A DNA stretch of 23,719 nucleotides from Armatimonadota bacterium (GTDB taxonomy: Bacteria > Armatimonadota > SYMT01): the NCBI GenBank assembly GCA_046292385.1, contig JBKBRF010000056.1:15824-39542 (forward strand). The letters are read 5' to 3'. The notes beneath the pieces are model-generated. The model was not told the DNA's origin and searched no databases. It saw only the letters and a list, made by a program, of their open reading frames with translations. The translations under genes were made by a program, and so were the position numbers. Below, piece by piece: positions 16,591 through 23,719 of the stretch. Within the stretch, counting starts at the first letter, position 1, and the number at the start of each line of letters is the position of its first letter.

Positions 16591-16653
16591 GAGACGCTAA
16601 CCAATTCGGGGGATAACCTACTCCTGACGACCGACGGGAGCGGGAGGCACCGG

Positions 16654-17997
16654 ATGGATGGTTTGCTGGCGGCGCGGCTGCAGATGACGGTTTCGCTCGC
16701 GTTCCACATGATCTTCGCGGCGCTCGGGATCGGGCTGCCGCTGTTGCTGGTCATGGCGGAGGGATTGTGGCTGCGCACCGGCCGCGCGGAGTACCTGGCG
16801 CTGGCGCGGAAGTGGTCGAAAGCGCTCGGAGTGCTCTTCGCGGTCGGGGCGGTCTCCGGCACGGCGCTCGCCTTCGAGCTGGGCCTGCTCTGGCCGCACT
16901 TCATGCAGTTCGCCGGCCCGATCATCGGCTCGGCGTTCGCGCTGGAGGGGTACGCCTTCTTCATCGAGGCGATCTTCATCGGGCTCTACCTCTACGGGTG
17001 GGACCGTCTCTCGCCGCGCGCTCACTGGCTCTGCGGCATCCCGATCGCCATCAGCGGCGCCGTCTCGGGAATCCTGGTCGTCTCCGCCAACGCCTGGATG
17101 CAGCATCCGGTCGGATTCGAGCTGGTGGACGGCAAGGCGGAGAACATCCAGCCGTTCGCGGCACTCTTCAGCCCGGCGTGGGCGGTGATGGCGCTTCACT
17201 CCACCCTCTCCTGCTACACCGCCACCGCCTTCGCCGTGGCCGGCGTCTACGCGTGGGGGTACTGGAAGGGGCACCGGACGGAGGTGCAGCGGGCGGGGCT
17301 GCGGCTCTCCATGGCGCTCGGCGCGGTGATGGCGCTGCTGATGCCGCTGAGCGGCGACCTGAGTGCCGGCTTCGTCGCCGAGACGCAGCCGACCAAGCTC
17401 GCCGCGATGGAGGCGCAGTTCGAGACCGAGCGGGGCGCGGCGTTCCGAATCGGCGGCTGGCCGGACGAGGAGCGCGGGGAGGTGAGCTACGTCCTCGAGA
17501 TCCCGAAACTACTGAGCTTTCTGGCTTTCCGGGACTTCGACGCGGAGGTTAAGGGGCTGAACGAGTTCCCGCGCAGCGAGTGGCCCAACGTCACCATCAC
17601 CCACCTGAGCTTCCAGGTGATGGTCGGCTGCGGCATGGCGCTGATCCTGGTCTCCGGGATCTACTGGCTGCTCTACTGGCGGCGGCGCGGCGAGCTGCCG
17701 GGGTGGGCGGCGGCGATCCTGGTCCCCGCCGGCACCCTGGGGTTCCTGGCGCTGGAGACCGGGTGGATGGTGACGGAGGTCGGGCGGCAGCCATGGGTGA
17801 TCCGCGACGTGATGCGGACCTCCGAGGCGGTCAGCCCCTCTCCGCACCTCGTCAACACCTTCTACAGCTTCACGGTCCTCTATCTCTTCCTCGCCGTCGT
17901 GCTCACCTGGTTCCTCCTGCGCCTGGGCCAGCAGCCGCAGGAGCCGGAGCCGGACGAGCCGGCGGCCGCCCACGGGAGGGCGAGCCATGCCGCTTGA
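16654..17997 (+). CDS. cydA: Cytochrome bd quinol oxidase subunit I (short Q-loop type)
   Basis: FHMIF heme ligand, FALEG..FFIEAIF, ANAWMQHP, QPTKLAAME, FQVMVG, ETGWMVTEVGRQPW; SD GGAGG. Confidence 0.96.
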   Translation: MDGLLAARLQMTVSLAFHMIFAALGIGLPLLLVMAEGLWLRTGRAEYLALARKWSKALGVLFAVGAVSGTALAFELGLLWPHFMQFAGPIIGSAFALEGYAFFIEAIFIGLYLYGWDRLSPRAHWLCGIPIAISGAVSGILVVSANAWMQHPVGFELVDGKAENIQPFAALFSPAWAVMALHSTLSCYTATAFAVAGVYAWGYWKGHRTEVQRAGLRLSMALGAVMALLMPLSGDLSAGFVAETQPTKLAAMEAQFETERGAAFRIGGWPDEERGEVSYVLEIPKLLSFLAFRDFDAEVKGLNEFPRSEWPNVTITHLSFQVMVGCGMALILVSGIYWLLYWRRRGELPGWAAAILVPAGTLGFLALETGWMVTEVGRQPWVIRDVMRTSEAVSPSPHLVNTFYSFTVLYLFLAVVLTWFLLRLGQQPQEPEPDEPAAAHGRASHAA

Positions 17998-19030
17998 GCT
18001 CTGGATCGCGTCTGTGGCCCTGGCGGCGCTGATCGCCTACGCGCTGCTGGGCGGGGCCGACTTCGGCGGCGGGATCTGGAACCTGCTCGCCGGGGGACCG
18101 CGCAAGGAGGAGCAGCGCCAGGCGGTGGCCCACGCGATGGGCCCGGTCTGGGAGGCGAACCACGTCTGGCTCATCTTCCTGATCGTGCTGCACTTCGTCT
18201 GCTTTCCGCCCGCCTTCGCCGCGGTGAGCGTGGCGCTCTTCGTTCCGTTCCACCTGGCGCTGATCGGCATCGTGCTCCGCGGCTCGGCCTTCGTCTTCCG
18301 CGCGCACGGCGCGGAGGCGCTCCGCACCGGCGGGCCTTCCTCCGTGCACCCGCTCGCCTCCGCCCGTCTCTGGGGCCGGATCTTCGGGGTGGCGAGCACC
18401 ATCACGCCGTTCCTGCTCGGCATGTGCCTGGGCGCCGTCTCGAACGGGCGGCTGGAGGTGCGGGAGGGAGTCGTCGTCTCCGGGTACTGGGAGCCGTGGC
18501 TCACGCCGTTCTGCTGGTCGCTCGGCGCGCTCTCGCTCGCGATCTGCGCCTACGTGGCGGCGGTCTACCTGACGCTGGAAACGGAAGGGGAGACCCAGGA
18601 GGACTTCCGCCGGCGCGCGCTCTGGGCCGCGGCGGTAATGGCCGCGCTCGCCGCTCTGACCGCGCTGGTAGCCCGGTGGGACGCCCCCCGCTTCTGGGAA
18701 GCGCTGGCCCAGCCGCGCGTGGCGCCGATCCAGGCGCTGGCGGTGGTGCTGGCGGCGCTCTCCGCCTGGGCAGTCTACCGCCGCCGGTACCGGCTCGGAC
18801 GCTTCGCCGCCGCGGGCCAGGTAGCGCTGGTGGTGATCGGCTGGGGCGCGGCGCAGTACCCGTACCTGGTCTATCCCGCCTACACCTTGCAGGAAACCGC
18901 AGCCCCGGACGCCACCCTCAGCTTCGTGCTCTGGACCCTCGTCCCCGGCGGCCTGCTGTTGATCCCTTCCCTGGCGCTGCTCTTCTACGTCTTCAAAGGC
19001 CTCCCGCTGCGGCAGACCGCAGAGGAATGA
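17987..19030 (+). CDS. cydB: Cytochrome bd quinol oxidase subunit II
   Basis: YALLGGADFGGG, GPVWEANHVWLIF, LRGSAFVFR, AQYPYLVYP; overlaps the cydA stop; SD GGAGG. Confidence 0.95.
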   Translation: MPLELWIASVALAALIAYALLGGADFGGGIWNLLAGGPRKEEQRQAVAHAMGPVWEANHVWLIFLIVLHFVCFPPAFAAVSVALFVPFHLALIGIVLRGSAFVFRAHGAEALRTGGPSSVHPLASARLWGRIFGVASTITPFLLGMCLGAVSNGRLEVREGVVVSGYWEPWLTPFCWSLGALSLAICAYVAAVYLTLETEGETQEDFRRRALWAAAVMAALAALTALVARWDAPRFWEALAQPRVAPIQALAVVLAALSAWAVYRRRYRLGRFAAAGQVALVVIGWGAAQYPYLVYPAYTLQETAAPDATLSFVLWTLVPGGLLLIPSLALLFYVFKGLPLRQTAEE

Positions 19031-19164
19031 GTCAGCTGTTCTCTGCTGCGGACGGCCCAGAGCGCGTCTGGCGGAATCCGGTTGTGATTCTCGACACAAC
19101 CCTCCCTCAAGAGGAACCGCCTGCTCGCCAGAATCGCTACCATCACCGTACTGGAGGTACAGCG

Positions 19165-19383
19165 ATGGCACTCTTGCGTCGCGCGTTCGTATTTTGCGCC
19201 GCGCTGGGCGGGGCGTGGGGCGGGCTCCGGATTCTGGAGTTCCTCGCCAGCCAGGCCGATCCGGGCAGCACCTTTGAGATCTGGACCCGCGAGGGCGTCC
19301 TGATGTCGCTGCCGATCGGGCTGGTCGGCGCGGTGGTCGGCGCCTTTCTCGGCGCGCTCTTGATCCCCCAGAAGCTGACCTGA
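19165..19383 (+). CDS. Small membrane protein, 72 aa, two predicted TM helices
   Basis: ATG 19165 with SD GGAGGT; MALLRRAFVFCAALGGAWGGLRILEF...LPIGLVGAVVGAFLGALLIPQKLT. This is the 3' part of the track ORF 18424..19383. Confidence 0.75.
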   Translation: MALLRRAFVFCAALGGAWGGLRILEFLASQADPGSTFEIWTREGVLMSLPIGLVGAVVGAFLGALLIPQKLT

Positions 19384-19416
19384 TCCGCGGCGGCCTGGTG
19401 AGGAACCCGAGCCAGA

Positions 19417-19669
19417 ATTCAACCGCAGAGGACGCAGAGGGCGCGAAGAACGATCCGGCGGGCGCGATCTCGTCGCCATTCTGTGCAGCGTCCTTAAAGG
19501 AAACTGCGCGCCTGCCTCTGGTTCTCTCCTCAGCGCTCTCCGCGTCCTCTGCGGTGAACTAAGCTCGAGCCGGGGCCGCTGTCTGCGACTCGTGAGACGG
19601 AGAGAGCCCCTACCTCCGGTTCCCTCCTCGGTGCCTCCTCTGTGCACTCCGTGCGCTCTGTGGTTGAAT
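19417..19669. repeat. 9-nt-period repeat units (ACCGCAGAG GACGCAGAG ...), one forward and two inverted
   Basis: Forward ATTCAACCGCAGAGGACGCAGAGGGCGC from 19417; inverted copies at 19529..19558 and 19638..19669, both followed by TAAGCTCG. Confidence 0.75.
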
Positions 19670-19724
19670 AAGCTCGGGCTTCCACTCGGATCTGAGCCAC
19701 AGACGTCCCCGCCTCCCTCACGCC

Positions 19725-20924
19725 ATGCCTGCCACCATCACCCGCGTCCGCACTCTCCTTACCGCTCCCAACGGCATCCGCCTGATTGTCGTGCGGGTCG
19801 ACACCAGCGAGCCCGGCCTCTACGGCTACGGCTGCGCCACCTTTACGCAGCGCCCGATGGCGGTGGTCGCCGCCGTGGAGGAGTACCTCGACCCGTTCCT
19901 CCGCGGGCGAAGCGTCGACGACATCGAGGACATCTGGCAGTCGGCCTTCGTCAGCTCCTACTGGCGCAACGGTCCCGTGCTGAACAACGCCCTTTCCGGG
20001 GTGGACGAGGCGCTCTGGGATATCAAGGGGAAGCAGGCCGGGATGCCGGTCTACCAGCTCCTGGGCGGGAAGTGCCGCGACCGCGTGCCGCTCTACCGCC
20101 ACTGCAACGGACGGGATCCGCAGGAGGTGGAGGCGCGGGTGCGCGAGGCGCTGGCGGAGGGCTACGTCCACTGCCGCGCGCAGATGCAGGTGCCCGGCTT
20201 CAGCACCTACGGCGTCAAGGGACAGGACGCGCAGCAGGCGGTCTGGGAGCCGGCGCCGTACGTGCGCTCGGTGCTGCAGCTTTTCGACCACCTCCGCGCC
20301 GAGCTGGGCGACGAAGTGGAGCTGCTCCACGACATCCACGAGCGGGTCCCGCCGATCCACGCGATCAACCTGGCGAAGCAGCTCGAGCGGCACCAGCTCT
20401 TCTTCCTGGAGGACCCGTTCGCGCCGGAGGACATCGGCTACTTCCCGCTCCTGCGGCAGCAGGCGGCGACGCCGATCGCCATGGGAGAGCTCTTCTCCAA
20501 CGCCAGCGAGTACCTGCCGCTGATCCAGGACCGGCTGATCGACTTTATCCGCGTCCACGTCTCCACCATCGGCGGCCTCTCACCGGCCCGCAAGCTCGCC
20601 GCGCTCTGCGAGTTCTTCGGGGTGCGCACCGCCTGGCACGGGCCGGGGGACGTCTCGCCGGTGGGCCACGCCGCCAACCTGCATCTCGACCTCGCCTGCT
20701 ACAACTTCGGGATCCAGGAGGAGTACCTCTTCCCGGAGGAGACCCGGGCCGTGTTCCCCGGCACGCCGGAGATCCGGGACGGCTGCATGTGGCCGAACGA
20801 GCGGCCCGGCCTGGGAGTCGAAGTGGACGAGGAGCTTGCCGCGAAGTACCCCTTCCCGGAAGAGCCGCTCCGGGGCGGCTGGGCCGCGATCCGCCGCCGG
20901 GACGGCACCGTGGTGCGCCCCTGA
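19725..20924 (+). CDS. rspA: Enolase superfamily acid-sugar dehydratase, RspA/mannonate dehydratase subgroup
   Basis: YWRNGPVLNNALSGVDEALWDIKGK, metal ligands in LLHDIHER / FFLEDP / MGELF, WHGPGDVSPVG, NFGIQE, PGLG. Substrate not determinable from sequence. Confidence 0.88.
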   Translation: MPATITRVRTLLTAPNGIRLIVVRVDTSEPGLYGYGCATFTQRPMAVVAAVEEYLDPFLRGRSVDDIEDIWQSAFVSSYWRNGPVLNNALSGVDEALWDIKGKQAGMPVYQLLGGKCRDRVPLYRHCNGRDPQEVEARVREALAEGYVHCRAQMQVPGFSTYGVKGQDAQQAVWEPAPYVRSVLQLFDHLRAELGDEVELLHDIHERVPPIHAINLAKQLERHQLFFLEDPFAPEDIGYFPLLRQQAATPIAMGELFSNASEYLPLIQDRLIDFIRVHVSTIGGLSPARKLAALCEFFGVRTAWHGPGDVSPVGHAANLHLDLACYNFGIQEEYLFPEETRAVFPGTPEIRDGCMWPNERPGLGVEVDEELAAKYPFPEEPLRGGWAAIRRRDGTVVRP

Positions 20925-21037
20925 CACGTTTCTTTAGACTCCTTTGAGGGTGGGCGGGAGGTTTCCGCCACCGGGCAACGGAACGGGAGCGCCGGGAGCG
21001 GGATTCCGCTCCCGTCTCCGCTGCTTCCGCCGGATCT

Positions 21038-21256
21038 ATGCCCCTCCCTCTACCCCTTTGCCAGGTCTGCGGCCGCCCCCTCAGCCTCCGCGGCTACCTG
21101 CGGAACCTGCGCCGCGGCGAAACCACTTACCCGTTCCGCATGCAGGACGACTCGCGCCGGGAAGAGACCATCCGGTGGCTCTGCGGCGCCTGCGAGCAGC
21201 GGGCCGAACGCCACCGCGGCAGGCTCGCTGAATCCCGCACGACGGTTTCGGACTGA
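21038..21256 (+). CDS. Small putative zinc-binding protein, 72 aa
   Basis: Two CxxC pairs (CQVC, CGAC); fills the intergenic gap on the locally coding strand; no clear SD. Confidence 0.6.
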   Translation: MPLPLPLCQVCGRPLSLRGYLRNLRRGETTYPFRMQDDSRREETIRWLCGACEQRAERHRGRLAESRTTVSD

Positions 21257-21353
21257 GTCCCCACGCTCCCCTGCCCTGCTGCTCGCACGCGCCGCGGCGA
21301 CTCCGTGTCATCGACCCTCTTTTCGGGAATGAACCGCTACAGGAGGGAGTTCG

Positions 21354-22082
21354 ATGTCTGACCGAGGCCCGAATCAAGACTTCATGGAGCAGGAGAGGCT
21401 GGACCCGATCAAGGACCGCTCGTACGAAGACGCGGGGTACCTGGGGACGAGTCCGGACGATGATGAGGAAGTCCAGGATCTGGGCTTTATCGTCGATAAC
21501 CACAGCGATCGTCGCACCACGCTGACGGAGCACTGGCAGCGGCTGGACGACCTGGATACCGACGAGGCGCTGGAGACGAACCGCAGCGGGCCGATCCCGC
21601 ACGAGGTCGCCCGCCGCGCCAACCCGAACCCGCCGGATCTCTTCGCCACCGATTACCACATCAGCAACGCGCGAGGGGAGGAGCAGGAGGCCGATTTCGT
21701 GCGGACCTCCATGCTGAACACCGATCCGGACATGAACGACGGCATGGACGACTTCACGGGCGAGTCGCTCCACGCGGACGATGGCGCCACCTTTACCACG
21801 GACCTCCACGGCCACGTGACCGGCGCGGCGCCGGGGCTGGGCACCAGCGTGCCCCAGGACCTCGGCTCGGCCGGCTTCCAGATCCGCGACAACCCGCTCA
21901 CCGACGGCGACGACGCGCGCGTCTCGATCCGCCGCGACAGCGTGGGCGGCGTCGACATGCTGCAGTCGGACGACGACGAGATCGACATGGAGACGCTCTC
22001 GGACGAAGACCTGGAAGCGATGGCGGAACAAGCGGACACCGATAGCCGCGCCGGCGTCGGCACGGGGATGAACCGGCCATGA
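21354..22082 (+). CDS. Highly acidic hypothetical protein, 242 aa
   Basis: Strong SD GGAGGGAG; D/E-rich; host-like codon usage; stop overlaps the next start (ATGA). Confidence 0.82.
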   Translation: MSDRGPNQDFMEQERLDPIKDRSYEDAGYLGTSPDDDEEVQDLGFIVDNHSDRRTTLTEHWQRLDDLDTDEALETNRSGPIPHEVARRANPNPPDLFATDYHISNARGEEQEADFVRTSMLNTDPDMNDGMDDFTGESLHADDGATFTTDLHGHVTGAAPGLGTSVPQDLGSAGFQIRDNPLTDGDDARVSIRRDSVGGVDMLQSDDDEIDMETLSDEDLEAMAEQADTDSRAGVGTGMNRP

Positions 22083-22318
22083 ACGAGGAACGGGCCGCGC
22101 GTCCGGAGGAACGGGCGCCGGAAGAAGGGCCGGGGCTGGCTGAAGATCCCGCGCTGGAGCGGATCCGGCGGGACCGCAAGCCGGGTGAGATCGAGACCGG
22201 GATGATGTCCGGCTCCGACGACTGGGACCTCAGCGCGACCGATCGCTTCGAGGGGGAGCTCACCCGGGAAGAGGCGCTGGAAGTCCTGGACCCGGAGCAC
22301 ACCCGCACCGGCACCTGA
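22079..22318 (+). CDS. Acidic hypothetical protein, 79 aa
   Basis: ATGA overlap with the upstream gene (translational coupling); host-like codon usage. Confidence 0.72.
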   Translation: MNEERAARPEERAPEEGPGLAEDPALERIRRDRKPGEIETGMMSGSDDWDLSATDRFEGELTREEALEVLDPEHTRTGT

Positions 22319-22486
22319 GCTGGGTGCTGCGCGTGTCCGGCGGCGAGTCCTTCCACGAGAGAGAGCGGTCTCCTGGATGCCATCTCCGTGGAAGGGCTTC
22401 GCCGCGTACCGCCGGGGTGACGCGCGCCGGGTGACCCGCCCGGGCTATCCACTCGCCAATGAAGGGTAGGGATCGAGAGGGAAGGA

Positions 22487-23359
22487 GTGCCGGCCGGCGC
22501 GATGGGCATCCTCGACTTCCTATGGATCTACCTGATCCTGGCGTCGCTGCTCCCGATGCTGCAGCGGCGCTGGCTCGACTTCCGGCGCATGCAGGCGCTC
22601 CGCGACCTGGAGAAGAAGCGTGGCGGCCGGGTGATTACGCTGATCCACCGCCAGGAGACGATGAGCTTCCTCGGGATCCCGATTGCCCGGTACATCAACA
22701 TCGAAGACTCGGAGGCGGTGCTCACGGCGATCCGGCTGACTCCGGTCACGACCCCGATCGACCTCGTCCTGCACACTCCCGGCGGACTGGTTCTCGCCTC
22801 GGAGCAGATCGCGGAGGCGTTTCGGAAGCACCCCGCTCCGGTACGGGTGCTGGTCCCGCATTACGCGATGTCCGGGGGGACCCTGATCGCGCTGGCAGCC
22901 GACGAGGTGGTACTCGATCCGAACGCGGTTCTCGGTCCCGTCGACCCGCAGATTGGCGAGTACCCGGCGGCCTCGATTCTGCGGGCGGTGGCGCAGCCCA
23001 ACCCAAACCGGGAAGACCGCACCCTGATCCTCGCCGATATCGCGGAGAAGGCGCTCCGGCAGGTGAAGGAGACCGTGCTGGGACTGATCGGCGACCGGAT
23101 GCCGCCGGAGCACGCGGAGCAGGTCGCGGACGCACTGACCCAGGGCTACTGGACGCACGACTACCCGATCGATGCCGCCCAGGGCCGGGCGATGGGCCTC
23201 CCCATCAGCACCGATCTCCCCGAAGAGGTTTACGCACTGATGGAGCTCTACCCGCAGCCGATGCAGCGCCGCCCCAGCGTGGAATACGTCCCGGTGCCCT
23301 ATCCGGCAGAGCCGCGGGAGGACCGCCCCACTCCCAAGGGCAGCGGCAGGCGGCATTGA
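22487..23359 (+). CDS. ClpP-class serine protease, SDH_sah family (alternative start ATG 22502)
   Basis: N-terminal TM helix; RVITLIHRQETMSFLGIP, DLVLHTPGG, VPHYAMSGGTLIALAAD (catalytic Ser), LGPVDPQ, WTHDYPI. Confidence 0.9.
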   Translation: MPAGAMGILDFLWIYLILASLLPMLQRRWLDFRRMQALRDLEKKRGGRVITLIHRQETMSFLGIPIARYINIEDSEAVLTAIRLTPVTTPIDLVLHTPGGLVLASEQIAEAFRKHPAPVRVLVPHYAMSGGTLIALAADEVVLDPNAVLGPVDPQIGEYPAASILRAVAQPNPNREDRTLILADIAEKALRQVKETVLGLIGDRMPPEHAEQVADALTQGYWTHDYPIDAAQGRAMGLPISTDLPEEVYALMELYPQPMQRRPSVEYVPVPYPAEPREDRPTPKGSGRRH

Positions 23360-23599
23360 GCCGGACCGCCGGTGGCGCGCCGAGGCGGTGATACAGGGCT
23401 CCCTTCTGGTTGCCGGCGCCTGATAGGGGTGTTCTTGATCCGAGAGCGCTCAGGGAGGGAACCCTTTTGTGCCCGGGAGTCCCTCCCTTCCACCGTCCAC
23501 TAGCAGGGGTAGTTGGTAGCCCCGGCACGCAGCCTTCACAGCCGGGCTCCCAAAAAGGAGGGGGATCCAGATAGGGGTAGGTAGGGCACCGGACGCTCA

Positions 23600-23719
23600 G
23601 AGGGTGTACGGTAGTCGGTCATACAGTTAGCCGGTTGAGCATCAGCCGGCTCATCGCCAGCAGGATCTTCGCCTCCGTGGTTTCCGGTAGATAGTCGTAC
23701 TCGCGGGCGAGCCCTCTCC
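23600..23719 (-). mobile_element. Downstream end of an IS5-family insertion sequence (IS1031-like group), truncated by the window edge
   Basis: Transposase C-terminus followed by a terminus reading GAGGGTGTACGG on the + strand from 23600, preceded by TCA (23597..23599), matching the GAG ends and TNA target typical of this group. Confidence 0.75.
23619..23719 (-). CDS. IS5-family transposase, C-terminal fragment
   Basis: Hand translation ...RGLAREYDYLPETTEAKILLAMSRLMLNRLTV* resembles the RRLxKDYExLPETSEAxIxLAMxRLMLxRL tail of IS5-family transposases. Confidence 0.82.
   Translation of the reverse strand, partial: RGLAREYDYLPETTEAKILLAMSRLMLNRLTV

Noticed and set aside
20993..21014. Hairpin CGGGAGCGG-GATT-CCGCTCCCG as terminator of the RspA-like gene
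   Set aside because: No U-tract follows, so function cannot be supported.
23452..23489. AGGGAGGGA...TCCCTCCCT fold-back after the protease gene
   Set aside because: Single occurrence with a degenerate interior; cannot distinguish repeat remnant from terminator or chance.

Overview
GC-rich bacterial chromosomal window (phylum cannot be fixed from sequence alone). It is mostly housekeeping and carbohydrate genes: MFS nucleoside-type symporter, WbsX/GH99-like hydrolase, delta-60 repeat protein, NMT1/THI5-like binding protein, SDR, queE, hemW, SPOR protein, smpB, ferritin-like hypothetical, beta-propeller sugar dehydrogenase-like protein, xylA, cydAB, RspA/ManD-type dehydratase, several hypotheticals, an SDH_sah serine protease, and the end of an IS5-family element at the right edge. 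The most notable feature is non-coding. A small stand-alone GIY-YIG nuclease gene (11252..11572) sits between two directly repeated 159-bp modules, each made of two inverted 26-bp GTCA-tagged palindromes. A third, nuclease-free copy of the module lies 9 kb away (2188..2342), nested in a larger unrelated inverted repeat. This resembles RAYT/REPIN architecture with a GIY-YIG enzyme in place of the HUH transposase. At least five other distinct palindromic or short-period repeat families occupy other intergenic gaps. All product calls rest on motif recognition by eye; no searches were run.
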